Shown: positions 1 through 9,332 of the stretch, piece by piece
Layout: every line of letters starts with the position of its first letter
How positions within the stretch are numbered: the first letter of the stretch is position 1
Source of the DNA: Candidatus Latescibacterota bacterium
GTDB taxonomy: Bacteria; Latescibacterota; UBA2968
Length of the DNA stretch: 64,000 bases
NCBI GenBank assembly: GCA_965222605.1
Contig: OZ244960.1
Span: 3,008,001 to 3,072,000 of the forward strand
Direction: 5' to 3'
Made by a program: the position numbers and the translations under genes
The notes under the pieces: model-generated
What the model was told of the DNA's origin: nothing
The model's input: only the letters and a program-made list of their open reading frames with translations
The model's database searches: none

Positions 1-1044
1 TACAAGTGGGAAACCTGGATTTACGCCCATATTGGCGAGGGATTTGAAGTGACATTTCTCGACGCCCTGGGCAATTTCGATTTTCAATTTCCCCAGCCGC
101 CTATTGACTCGCCCAATCGATTGCTGTGGCTGCACCTCGCACCCGAAGCCGTGGTCGCACGGGTCGTCAACCGCACGCCCTCTGTTTACCGCTATCCATA
201 TCCCGGAGATCCAATGCCGCTGCTTATGTCCGTAGCAGATTTCCAGGGAAATGGACGCGATACCCGCCTGGATGCCTTTATCGGCGTACCATGGAACGCA
301 CTGAAAACGCAAAAACGGGGAACACAGATATCGGCTTCGGTAAATCGAATGTGGGTCCTCTTTGACGCACAGGGCACAGAAATTGCCCGCGACAGCCTGA
401 ACACGCGAGCAACACAGCCCGAAACAGTTGACGACCCCGGCGTTTTATGGGTGGATCAGGTCACAACAGAAGTTAAACCCGGCCACTATCTAATGGCTGT
501 GCGCGTAACCGACCCGGCTTCGGGAAAATTGCAAATTCACCGGCAACTCGTCGATGTAGAAGCATACAATGCCTCGACCCTGATGGTAAGCGACCTTGTC
601 GTGGCGGGAAAAATTGCAACAATAGAAGCCCGTACAGAAGGCAAATTCATCCGAGACGAACTCGAAGTGCTCCCCCTGCCGTCACACACCTTTGCCCCAG
701 AACAGCCAGTCTATCTGTACTATGAAGTGTATAACCTCTTTAGAGATGACACAGGACAAACGCATTACCGCGTGGATTATGCCGTACGCGGCAGCAAAAA
801 TGCCGGCGCCCGGTTGCTAAAAGGCATCGGCACATTGCTGGGCATATCTGAAAAGCAAGAAGGGGTGCAAGTATCTTATGAACATCGGGGTAATACGGAA
901 ACAGAACCCGTATATGTAGCCCTCAATGTAGCGGCAAAACCGGGACAAAAACTCACAATTGGCGTAACCGTAACCGACCTGAACCGCCCGGGAAAGCCAA
1001 CAGCGACAAAAGATATTTGGGTAGCGATAGGAAGTGAGAAGTAA
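1..1044 (+). CDS. GWxTD-domain-type protein, C-terminal part (5' end outside window)
   Basis: Frame is open from base 1 (YKWETWIYAHIGEGFEVTFLDALG). The ExWxY...TFxD motif, then LMVSDLVVA and PxPSxxF...VYLYYEVYNL, is typical of GWxTD-family C-termini. Confidence 0.7.
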   Translation, partial: YKWETWIYAHIGEGFEVTFLDALGNFDFQFPQPPIDSPNRLLWLHLAPEAVVARVVNRTPSVYRYPYPGDPMPLLMSVADFQGNGRDTRLDAFIGVPWNALKTQKRGTQISASVNRMWVLFDAQGTEIARDSLNTRATQPETVDDPGVLWVDQVTTEVKPGHYLMAVRVTDPASGKLQIHRQLVDVEAYNASTLMVSDLVVAGKIATIEARTEGKFIRDELEVLPLPSHTFAPEQPVYLYYEVYNLFRDDTGQTHYRVDYAVRGSKNAGARLLKGIGTLLGISEKQEGVQVSYEHRGNTETEPVYVALNVAAKPGQKLTIGVTVTDLNRPGKPTATKDIWVAIGSEK

Positions 1045-1107
1045 GAAGTGAGCACAGGCGCAGCCTACAACGAAGCGTAGCGAGTAACGCCACCCAACGC
1101 CACCCGC

Positions 1108-1142
1108 GCGGTGTACAACTGGCCGACTCTCAGGCCAGTTCA
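1108..1142 (+). repeat. Hairpin mini-element copy A (35 bp)
   Basis: GCGGTGTACAACTGGCC-GACTCTCA-GGCCAGTTCA, nested between the inverted arms CACCCGC / GCGGGTG. Confidence 0.8.
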
Positions 1143-1177
1143 CGCGGGTGCTTCTTTACTTTTCACACTTCACACTT

Positions 1178-2161
1178 CTAAGCTGTCCCAACTTCGCGGG
1201 CGACTTTGGGGCGGCGGAGTTTCCAGATCAGACCATCCAGAACAAAGTGGGCAAACGAAGTCCCATAGGCAAAAAAGAGGAAGGCAAAAAGGGAATAGGT
1301 GTAAAAACCATAGAGAATGCCGCAGATAACAGCGGTAAAGAGAAATGTATTGCGTACAATATGGCTGGCGGCCTTATTGAGAAGTGGCGCGTCAAGAGCC
1401 GATGTGCGGACTTTATTTTTTATCGTAAGCGCGACCAGAGCGATGTATTCAGAAGCGTGATTGATACTGGTGGCAATATAGATGGCGCCAGCCGACAGGG
1501 TGGGACCAATGCCGTAGAGAAAGACCACAGAGCCAAAAAAGAGCAGTTTGGGAACGCTGATACCCTGGGCACCGCGAAATTCATAGACGAGCCAGGCCAG
1601 AGTGACCAGAATAGCCAATCCGTATAAAATGTGGGAGATAAGGAGCGGAGGCGTGAAGTCGAGCAGATTGCGAAGATAGTGCATGACCTTGACATCGGCT
1701 TCAGAACCAAAAAGGTAAAAGAAACCAGCCAAACCCCAGAGATACATCGTCCAGGCATCGAGGCGTTTGTGACCCCATTGAGCTTTGCCCGAGTAGATGC
1801 GGAGAATGCCGTATTTCTGACGAACAAAGTGAAAATAATTAAAAAGGTACCAGAAGGCGAACATCTCGGGTTCGTCAATTCGAAAAAAATAACAAAGACC
1901 CACAAACACAAAGCACAGGATGGGAATAAGCGTATAAAGGACGCGCGCGCGGCTAAATTCAGCGCGATCTAAATAGACCAGCAGAAACGTAAAGTACCGG
2001 TGCGTCGCAAAAAGAAACGTAACAGAGACAATGCGGATGGTATCGAAGTATTTGGGAAACAGGTAGGGGGCAAAAAAGAAAAGCAACCAGCCCAGGGTGA
2101 TGCAGGAAAGATCAACAACGGGCGTAACAACCCAGAGCGTGTGTGTTTTTTCAACGGACAT
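1178..2161 (-). CDS. Uncharacterised polytopic membrane protein with conserved His motifs
   Basis: Many hydrophobic segments, with motifs THRYFT, HFVRQKYG, HASEY and HFVLDGLIWK. Start placed at MSVEKT because the longer ORF overlaps the upstream gene. Confidence 0.7.
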   Translation of the reverse strand: MSVEKTHTLWVVTPVVDLSCITLGWLLFFFAPYLFPKYFDTIRIVSVTFLFATHRYFTFLLVYLDRAEFSRARVLYTLIPILCFVFVGLCYFFRIDEPEMFAFWYLFNYFHFVRQKYGILRIYSGKAQWGHKRLDAWTMYLWGLAGFFYLFGSEADVKVMHYLRNLLDFTPPLLISHILYGLAILVTLAWLVYEFRGAQGISVPKLLFFGSVVFLYGIGPTLSAGAIYIATSINHASEYIALVALTIKNKVRTSALDAPLLNKAASHIVRNTFLFTAVICGILYGFYTYSLFAFLFFAYGTSFAHFVLDGLIWKLRRPKVAREVGTA

Positions 2162-2178
2162 AGGTAGTAATTCCCACT

Positions 2179-2204
2179 TCTTGTATCTTTGTGTCTTTGT
2201 GTGA
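2179..2204 (-). repeat. Short tandem repeat (CACAAAGA/TACAAGA type)
   Basis: Minus strand reads TCACACAAAGACACAAAGATACAAGA, between two genes. Confidence 0.5.
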
Positions 2205-2211
2205 GGCCCTC

Positions 2212-3450
2212 TCACTTCTTTCCCGACCGCAAATCCAGACAAACCATTTCAGTGTGATTACGAAGATACAGTCTGCCATTAGCCAGCGTGGGTGGCGTCC
2301 AGCACCGCGGAGACAAAACCTGAGCGCTGGCTTTTTCTATGTACGCTTCTGGTATCGCCTCCACAAGAGCCAGTTTGCCCTGTTCTCCCAGGACGATCAG
2401 GTACCCATCGGCAAAGATGAGGGACCCCTTCTGAAAGCCGCGTTTGCGCCATTGCTCCTGCCCGGTCTCCGCGGCAATACACTTGAGAATGGCATTGTCA
2501 AAGCCATAGAGGTACCCCTTGCGATGAATAGACGTGGCAAAATGGTTTTTCATACTGCGATTGCGCCATACTTTTTTAACTGCAAACTGGCCGTTTTGAA
2601 AAATAAGCTGGATAACCGCCGCGCCTTTGCCATAGCCCGAAGAGATAAAGAGTCTATCCGGAGCGAGAAAAACAGGCGTCGCGGCATTGACATCGGGACC
2701 CGTTTGCCAGGGATGCCGCCACAAAAGTCGGCCATCTTTGGCAGCGACACCGACCAGACCAGAGACTGGAAAAAAGACGATTTGCCGGATATCAGAAACA
2801 GTAATAGCAATGGGTGACGCATAAGAAGGCGCGTCATCTTGAGAAGTCCATGCAACCCTGCCGGTAGTTTTATCAAAGGCGATAAAGGCTTTTCCAGAAG
2901 AACCCCCAACCTCGACGACCAGCAACTCGCCTTCCAGCAAAGGAGAAGTAGAAAAGCCCCAATGAGGGGGATCACTTATGAATTCAGTTTGAAAATGGTG
3001 AGACCATACTATTTCTCCGTCCTCAACATCAATTGCATAAAGCTGTCCGTTTGCACCCAAAAAGAAAGCCCGTTCTTTGTCAATAATGGGAGTAGATCGG
3101 GGACCGTTCCCGCCCTGCCAGTCTGAAAAATTGCTCCCGGTCTTAACTCGCCAGCGTTCTTGCCCAGTAGCGGCATCGAGACATACCGCGTATTCATCTT
3201 TCCCTTCTGCAAACATGGTATAGACTGCGCCCCGTGCAATGGCAATGCTCGAAAAACCCTCGCCCAGCGGTGTTCGCCAGAGAACAACAGGTCCGGAATC
3301 AGACCATTTTTTGAGCAACCCCGTTTCAGAGGAAACCCCATCGCGATTGGGGCCAAACCACTGCGACCAATCCGCAGCAAAGCCATTGCCCGTCAGGACA
3401 ACAGAGCCTGAGAGCAAGGCAATCAAAAAGGTGATAATGAGGATGCGCAT
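2212..3450 (-). CDS. PQQ-binding-like beta-propeller repeat protein, secreted
   Basis: Signal peptide, DWSQWFGPNRDG N-terminus, repeated LDAxTGxxxW blades, and a C-terminal PxLANGRLYLR. Confidence 0.9.
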   Translation of the reverse strand: MRILIITFLIALLSGSVVLTGNGFAADWSQWFGPNRDGVSSETGLLKKWSDSGPVVLWRTPLGEGFSSIAIARGAVYTMFAEGKDEYAVCLDAATGQERWRVKTGSNFSDWQGGNGPRSTPIIDKERAFFLGANGQLYAIDVEDGEIVWSHHFQTEFISDPPHWGFSTSPLLEGELLVVEVGGSSGKAFIAFDKTTGRVAWTSQDDAPSYASPIAITVSDIRQIVFFPVSGLVGVAAKDGRLLWRHPWQTGPDVNAATPVFLAPDRLFISSGYGKGAAVIQLIFQNGQFAVKKVWRNRSMKNHFATSIHRKGYLYGFDNAILKCIAAETGQEQWRKRGFQKGSLIFADGYLIVLGEQGKLALVEAIPEAYIEKASAQVLSPRCWTPPTLANGRLYLRNHTEMVCLDLRSGKK

Positions 3451-3511
3451 GGGAACTCCTCCTCTGTGTAAGAATCAAGTCACATAATCCGTGATTACTA
3501 TAATATAGGAC

Positions 3512-4555
3512 TTACGCAAGCACCATGTGAATAGTAGGCGCTTTGAGTTGTTGTTTCAAATAATCAGCTAACAAGCCGTATTTGACCTGATAAACGGATT
3601 GTCGTGTTTGATAGGCGACCTGTGCAAATCGCACCCAAACGAGGAAGGCACATCCGATGTGATTGCGAACAATGCGTGGCAATCGACATTGACACTTTTC
3701 AAGACCCGTCACTTGTTTTGCTTCTCGGTGAAATTGCTCAATTTTCCAACGCCAGTGACACGCCTGTTGTGCCACTTGGGTATCGTTTTGGGCCTGGTCG
3801 TTAGTCACGACATATTCCGTGCGTCTGGTAGAAGACATCACCCGAAATAATTTCACTTTATGGTCTCTTGGAAAGCCTCTGATTTTAATGCGTTTGCCAG
3901 CTTTTGTCTCGCTGACCGTCCAATCTAAGCGGTCTATGCGTTGATAGGGTTTAGCACCTGAAGAATCATCCACACGCCGATTCGATTTGAGAGGGCAGTA
4001 ATAGGTTTTTTGCAGTTTCTCAATGTGTAGCATGACCGTCCTGGTGGCATACCAGCTATCCATTAACACGGTCTGAAAAGGCAGTTTTCTGGCATAGACC
4101 AAGACAGATAACATCTCCTGTAGATGATCTAACTTGGTTTTGCCATCCCCCTCAGGGTCATAAATGCGATAGTCAATGAAAAAGAACCGATCCTGATCGG
4201 GATGAACTGCTGGCGCAGTTGTACCCCGTTCGACATAAACGCAAGTGACGACCCCGATGCCGTTGATGACCCCTTTGGCATTGCCGCTATATTGACGCCG
4301 CACCAACGCAATCTTGTGGGCATGACGCTTGTCCAGCACTGTGTCATCGAAGATCACATAGCCCTTTGGGGTCACTTGAATGTGGTCTTTGACGTGTTCC
4401 CACACCAGGCGAGGCGGGATGCGATCACCGGATAGGTAACGGTTGATCATATCATGACTGAACCTTTGGCTGTGGTCTGCGAAATGGGTCAGCGTATAGT
4501 TGATTGGACTGCTCAGCAAATACTGACAGTAATCCAAGCGGGTTGGTTTATCCAT
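3512..4555 (-). CDS. IS701-family DDE transposase
   Basis: Motifs IFDDTVLDK, YSGNA, VLMDSWYA and RWKIEQFHREAKQ. RBS GAGGAGGTG precedes MDKPTR. The stop codon lies inside the left IR. Confidence 0.9.
   Translation of the reverse strand: MDKPTRLDYCQYLLSSPINYTLTHFADHSQRFSHDMINRYLSGDRIPPRLVWEHVKDHIQVTPKGYVIFDDTVLDKRHAHKIALVRRQYSGNAKGVINGIGVVTCVYVERGTTAPAVHPDQDRFFFIDYRIYDPEGDGKTKLDHLQEMLSVLVYARKLPFQTVLMDSWYATRTVMLHIEKLQKTYYCPLKSNRRVDDSSGAKPYQRIDRLDWTVSETKAGKRIKIRGFPRDHKVKLFRVMSSTRRTEYVVTNDQAQNDTQVAQQACHWRWKIEQFHREAKQVTGLEKCQCRLPRIVRNHIGCAFLVWVRFAQVAYQTRQSVYQVKYGLLADYLKQQLKAPTIHMVLA
4203..4229 (-). repeat. Hairpin mini-element copy B (27 bp, in frame within the transposase)
   Basis: Minus strand ACGGGGTACAACTGC-GCCA-GCAGTTCA. 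Encodes the extra peptide in YV-ERGTTAPAVH-PD. Confidence 0.8.
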
Positions 4556-4674
4556 CCTCACCTCCTCGGTGCTCAGGTTAGGCTCCAATCCCGTCAATTT
4601 AAAGATTGGAAAACCTTGGGGCTATTGTTTTGCGTAAGTCCTAATAATAATAAATGGGTGATAAAAAGTGAGAG

Positions 4675-4728
4675 GTAGGAGGAAAATCCTTTTCCCGACC
4701 CGGATCGCGGCAGGGATGCCGCTCCAAC
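4675..4728. repeat. GTAG-type REP pair (REPIN-like, degenerate)
   Basis: GTAGGAGGAAAATCCTTTTCCCGA followed by an inverted copy reading GTTGGAGCGGCATCCCTGCCGCGA on the minus strand. Confidence 0.6.
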
Positions 4729-4750
4729 AGTAGTCTTGAATTGGCCTACC

Positions 4751-4781
4751 TATCCGTGTTCATCTGTGTTCATCTGTGGTT
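4751..4781 (-). repeat. CACAGATGAA tandem repeat overlapping the ankyrin gene stop
   Basis: Minus strand ACCACAGATGAACACAGATGAACACGGATA. It supplies the final TTDEHR* codons. Confidence 0.7.
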
Positions 4782-6007
4782 GCATTTCCCACCCGCTCCA
4801 ATTCCTGAACAACAGCCATATGCCCTTTTGCCCTCGCCCACATCAGGGCTGTAACCCCATCTTTATCCTCAATTGCGACATCGGCACCGCCTCTTAAAAG
4901 CGCGCGGACCGCCTGGACATGTCCTTCAAACGCGGCGGCCATCAACGGCGTGCGGCCCTCGCGGTCGGGCGCATTGACATTTGCGCCCACTTCCAATAAA
5001 AACTCGATTCGTGCGGTTTCACCATCCCAGGCTGCACCCATCAAAGCCGTATTCCCCATATTGTCCCTAACGTTGAGATCTGCGCCACCTGCCACAAGCA
5101 CCCGCACAATTTGGCGATGATCTCGTAAAACAGCCCGCATCAAAGGCGTTTCGCTGGCACTACCTCTAATATCGGGAATTCCGCCTTTTGTCAGAAGCGT
5201 ATCGACAATAGCGGTATGACCTTTGAACGCGGCCAGTAGCATGGGAGAATCGCCAAAATTATCCCTGGCATTGGGATCAGCACCTACATTCAGGAGGGCA
5301 TCCACCATATCTGTTTGACCTTCGACTGAAGCCCAGGTGAGAGCCGTCCGGTTGTCCTTATCTCTGATATTGGGATCCGCACCGTTTTCAAGGAGAACTT
5401 TCACTGCATACGTATGACCTGCAACAATCGCGCTCATCAGAGCCGTGCGCTCGTCGTTGTCCTGCGCGTTGACATCCGCGCCCGCGTCTATCAGAGCTTG
5501 AAGCGTAGTTGTGTGACCTTCTACTGCCGCGGGCATCAACGCAGTGGCTCCATGGGTGTTTTTTAAATGGAGATTCGCGCCTTTTTTCAGGAGAACGTTG
5601 ACGATATCTGTATGCCCATCAAAGGCAGCGGACATCAAGGCGGTGGCACCGTGTTTGTCCTGAATATTGGGGTCAGCTTTGCCCGACAAAAGGGCCTGCA
5701 CCGTCTGGATATGTCCTTGAAAAGCCGCGACAATCAAAGCCGTTTCCCCGCTCATACCCTGAGCATTGGGATCGGCACTTTTTTTTAAAAGCGCATTGAC
5801 GATATCTGTATGCCCACCTCTGGCTGCAACCATCAGCACGGTAGTACCGTATTTGTCCCGAGCATTTGCATTATCGCCAGCACTTAGACGCGCCTGTACA
5901 CCGGACAGGTTTCCCTTTGCTGCGGCTTCGAGGAGTTGTGTGCCATTGGCATGCGCCGCTGCAGAAAGGCTGAGGACAAGGAGAAATGTAAAGGTAATCC
6001 TGGACAT
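4760..6007 (-). CDS. Secreted ankyrin-repeat protein (about 11-12 repeats)
   Basis: N-terminal signal peptide followed by consecutive 33-aa repeats GxTALMxAAxxGHxxxVxxLLxxGADxN. Confidence 0.95.
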   Translation of the reverse strand: MSRITFTFLLVLSLSAAAHANGTQLLEAAAKGNLSGVQARLSAGDNANARDKYGTTVLMVAARGGHTDIVNALLKKSADPNAQGMSGETALIVAAFQGHIQTVQALLSGKADPNIQDKHGATALMSAAFDGHTDIVNVLLKKGANLHLKNTHGATALMPAAVEGHTTTLQALIDAGADVNAQDNDERTALMSAIVAGHTYAVKVLLENGADPNIRDKDNRTALTWASVEGQTDMVDALLNVGADPNARDNFGDSPMLLAAFKGHTAIVDTLLTKGGIPDIRGSASETPLMRAVLRDHRQIVRVLVAGGADLNVRDNMGNTALMGAAWDGETARIEFLLEVGANVNAPDREGRTPLMAAAFEGHVQAVRALLRGGADVAIEDKDGVTALMWARAKGHMAVVQELERVGNATTDEHR

Positions 6008-6066
6008 ATAGAAAAAGTAAAAGGTCCCCGAAAAAAGTCAAAGAAGATTCGGCGTCCAATTCATGC

Positions 6067-6940
6067 TCACGGAACGGGAATATTGAGATCAAAGGTCTGG
6101 CCGAGCCACTGATAGTAGAAACGTTGTGATGTGTCTTGCAGAATCTGGTCTTTCCAGCCAGCGGCAAGACGTTCGACCTCGGCAGTATTGCCGGCCATAC
6201 ACAGCGCGTAAAGATACAGGTAGCGTAGCGCCGGATCGGCAGACTCTGCGCGTTGGTAATACTGTGCAGCCAGAGTATAGTCGCGCTCGGCCAGCGCGCG
6301 TGCAGATAGATAGGGAAGATAAGGCGTTTCCGCATCGCCCTTTTTCAAGCGGGTATCAACCGCATAGAGCAGATCGTCCTGAATCTGGAGATGCCACAGC
6401 GGGAGAGTCCGCAAATCGGTCTGCGTGTGAAGCGTGTGAAGCGTAGCGATGCGAGTCCCCTGATCATGTATTTCGTCAGCCTGGGAAATTAGTGCAGCCT
6501 CGAGAAGGCGCTGTGCTTCAAAATAAACGAGCGTGCGCATCCGCATGTCATGAGGCCAGGCATTGTGAATAAAGGTACTCTTTTCAAAGCGCTCGCGAGT
6601 GAGCAGGGGATTCATCCAGCGGGCGTAGAACGCTTGATGGGGTTCGCGGTTAAAAAAACCCACAGAAAGGCGTTTGGGATAATTATCTACCAGCGGCGGG
6701 GTATCGCGCGTGAGCGCGTTGAGATGGTCGGCGTCAGACATAAAGAGCGCACCGAGTTGCTCGGGTTGCTCCAAACCGAGGGCGCGAAGTTCGGAACGCA
6801 CGACAGGATCGCGCCACTGTCGGCTAAAAAAGACCTCAGATAGGGAATAGGACGCATTTCGAGAGCCAGCGAGCATCCAGTTAAAACCCGCCCCAGCCCA
6901 AAGAGAAGCGTCTTCAAAAACATTGCAAAACGCGCGGATG
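6067..6940 (-). pseudogene. C-terminal fragment of a fused membrane/spermidine-synthase-like protein (5' truncated)
   Basis: Frame extends upstream of the annotated ATG as IRAFCNVFEDASLWAGAGFNWMLAG, followed by TPPLVDNYPKRL. No N-terminal part is present; the frame hits a stop near 6985. Confidence 0.6.
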
Positions 6941-7855
6941 GGCAGACTTCGGACGTCCCTGCAAGATGTGGCGGTCCATGATGATTACGGGCTTGAGGTC
7001 ACTGTAAACGATTTTGAGGCAATAGACTTTGAATTGAACCCCAACCGCTCCCGTTTTGGCACCACATCTTACAATCAGGTAAGCACTGACCGCTACCAGC
7101 CTACAATGGAAGTATATTACGGCGTACCCCTGGCAAATTTGCCAGACAGCGTTCAGGCGACTGGCATTTTGGAACGGGGTATTGCGGTATTTGACAGCAC
7201 ATGGAGACCGGTCTATCGAAAGATGGCTCCCCTGCCTTTTTCGGTGGATGCGATGGGTTCGCTGGGAGCGGGAGATCTTGCCGTTGATCAAATCGCGCTC
7301 AATCTACAGCCGGGCAACTATCACCTGGGGGTGGAGGTACGCAGTCTGCAAGGCAATCTGCGGGGTGCTTATACCCGGTCGCTAACAGTGGAGCCATATA
7401 CAGGTCCTTCGCTGATGCTTTCCGACATCGAGATGGCCGGTCTGGTGGTGCAAGACCCTTCCTCAAAAGTAAAAGGGGGACACAAAGTCGTGCCTATGCC
7501 ATCCAAAACCTATTTACCGGGACAACCTGTGACGATTTATTACGAGGTCTATGGGTTGACACACGACGAATTGGGTCAAACGCACTACCAGATGGATTAC
7601 AAAATATCACCCCGCAAAGGCAAACCCCTGGCAGTGACGATTTTGCGCGCGGTCGGAAAACTCCTGGGTATTGAACAAAAGAAAGTGGTAACGATTTCTT
7701 ACGAGCAGACAGGCACGCAGAAAACAGAACACAATTATCTGGAGATTGACGTGAAGGGATCAGAGGCGGGGCGCTATGAATTAGAGGTGGCAGTGACGGA
7801 TTTGAATACGGGAACAATGGTCGCCAAGGACGTAATATTTTTTATTGCCAGGTAG
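6923..7855 (+). pseudogene. C-terminal fragment of a GWxTD-type protein (5' truncated paralog of 1-1044)
   Basis: Shares LMLSDI, PMPSKTY...YYEVYGL, QTHY and GKLLGI...ISYE with the protein at 1-1044. It has no RBS or N-terminal domain, and its 5' end overlaps the opposite-strand fragment. Confidence 0.6.
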
Positions 7856-7868
7856 CCACCATTGAGCA

Positions 7869-9317
7869 TCAAGCACCGCTATACGCTCTGGCGAAATAGG
7901 TCTGGAACCCTTCTGGCCCGGGCCAGCCATCGAAAAGACGGCAATTCTCGGGCACCTGACCTTCTGCGCCGTTTTTGAGCCAGTCAATCAGAATGGGATC
8001 AGCACCTCGGCGCTCGAGTTCAGAAAGGCCAGCGGTTTGCAGGTTCTGGACGCGGTCGGGATGTTCCGCCGCCGTATTGTCCAGCGACCCATAAGGCGTG
8101 AGCATACAGTCTTCTAATTCCGGTTGCCATTCCAGGTATCCGTCCTGGTCGAACACAGTGAAAAATCCGCGCTGTTTTGCCCATCCCCGGGCAGTGCCCG
8201 CAAGCGCGAGTTGCCGCATCCCCGCACTGCCTTCCCGAGCTGCGGTGAGAATGTCGTGGCTGTCCAGGTTCCCCGGAATTGGCGCACCCGCCAGATTGGC
8301 GACAGTAGCGAAAAAATCCTGCGGTTGAAAAATCGCTGAACTGCGTCCCCTGTCGCCTTCGGGGGTTTTGATAATGAGCGGGATGTGGATTTCCTGCTCG
8401 TACACAGGCGCGTACTTGCCAAAGTGCCCGCGTTCACCAACATTGGTACCGTGATCGCCAGCGACAATAATAGCGGTATTTTTGCTCAGGCCAGTGGCGT
8501 CAAAGGCTTCGAGAAACCGCCCAAGGCAGTGATCCATCCAGGTGACTTTGGCGGCATAACTCGCTTTGAGGCGAGCTTTGGCTTCATCGGGCAAATTGGG
8601 ATTGTTGCGCCCCCCACCCTGAAAAGCGCGGGGATCAAGCCGCCCATCGTAACCGGGGGTTTTGTCGTATTTCAGCATAAAAGCCGGAGGTACATCCCAC
8701 GGTTCGTGGGGATCGAAACAGTCAATCCACAGGAAGAAATTTTCCCGCCGCGCATTATCCCGTAAGAATTGGGCTGCGGTATTGAACAGCTTGGCGCAAT
8801 TCCAGTCGTCTGTGTTTGTGCGCCCCCGGTTGGTACGGGCATACGTGTAGTTGTGTTTTGTCAGATCCGCGTCTTCTCCCAGAACATCGAATACGGGGTC
8901 TCTGCACCAGTTGCTCGGCCACTGTGCTTCGTCGTCCATCCATGCGCGGTCAACTTCTGCACCGCGAATAAACGTCCAGGTGTGGAACGGATAATCAAAT
9001 GCGTGCCCACCGTTGACGAGATGAGGCGTATCGTGAATGAGTTGTGTCGCGTATCCCGCCTCGCCCAGCACAGAGGGTAGGGAGCGCGTGTCAAAAGGCA
9101 GGGGTTTCCAGGTGTGGAACGGACTGCCGTATTTTCCGGTCATAACATCCGTGCGATAGGGGATGGTGGGAAAACTGGCGGCAAAAGCGCGGTCAAAACA
9201 CCATGATTGTGCGGCTAATCGGTCGAGGTTGGGCGTTTCTATCCAGTCATTTCCATTAGCACCAATATAATCGTAGCGCATCGTATCAATAATAATGAGA
9301 ACAATATTCATGGACAC
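7869..9317 (-). CDS. Sulfatase-like (alkaline phosphatase superfamily) hydrolase with Thr at the formylglycine position
   Basis: Motifs NIVLIIIDTMRYD, TPNLDRLA, SFPTIPYR, DPHEPW and GDHG. Confidence 0.85.
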   Translation of the reverse strand: MSMNIVLIIIDTMRYDYIGANGNDWIETPNLDRLAAQSWCFDRAFAASFPTIPYRTDVMTGKYGSPFHTWKPLPFDTRSLPSVLGEAGYATQLIHDTPHLVNGGHAFDYPFHTWTFIRGAEVDRAWMDDEAQWPSNWCRDPVFDVLGEDADLTKHNYTYARTNRGRTNTDDWNCAKLFNTAAQFLRDNARRENFFLWIDCFDPHEPWDVPPAFMLKYDKTPGYDGRLDPRAFQGGGRNNPNLPDEAKARLKASYAAKVTWMDHCLGRFLEAFDATGLSKNTAIIVAGDHGTNVGERGHFGKYAPVYEQEIHIPLIIKTPEGDRGRSSAIFQPQDFFATVANLAGAPIPGNLDSHDILTAAREGSAGMRQLALAGTARGWAKQRGFFTVFDQDGYLEWQPELEDCMLTPYGSLDNTAAEHPDRVQNLQTAGLSELERRGADPILIDWLKNGAEGQVPENCRLFDGWPGPEGFQTYFARAYSGA

Positions 9318-9332
9318 CTCCCCCCGCTATCT

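Larger units (their letters stand above)
3506..4643 (-). mobile_element. Complete IS701-like insertion sequence (1138 bp)
   Basis: Perfect 14-bp terminal inverted repeats TAGGACTTACGCAA (3506-3519) and TTGCGTAAGTCCTA (4630-4643). Flanking direct repeat ATAATA at 3500-3505 and 4644-4649. Confidence 0.92.

Noticed and set aside
1052-1100. GTAG-starting, CGAAGCGTAGCGAG-containing stretch as a REP or attC remnant
   Set aside because: No convincing stem, and it is single-copy in the window.
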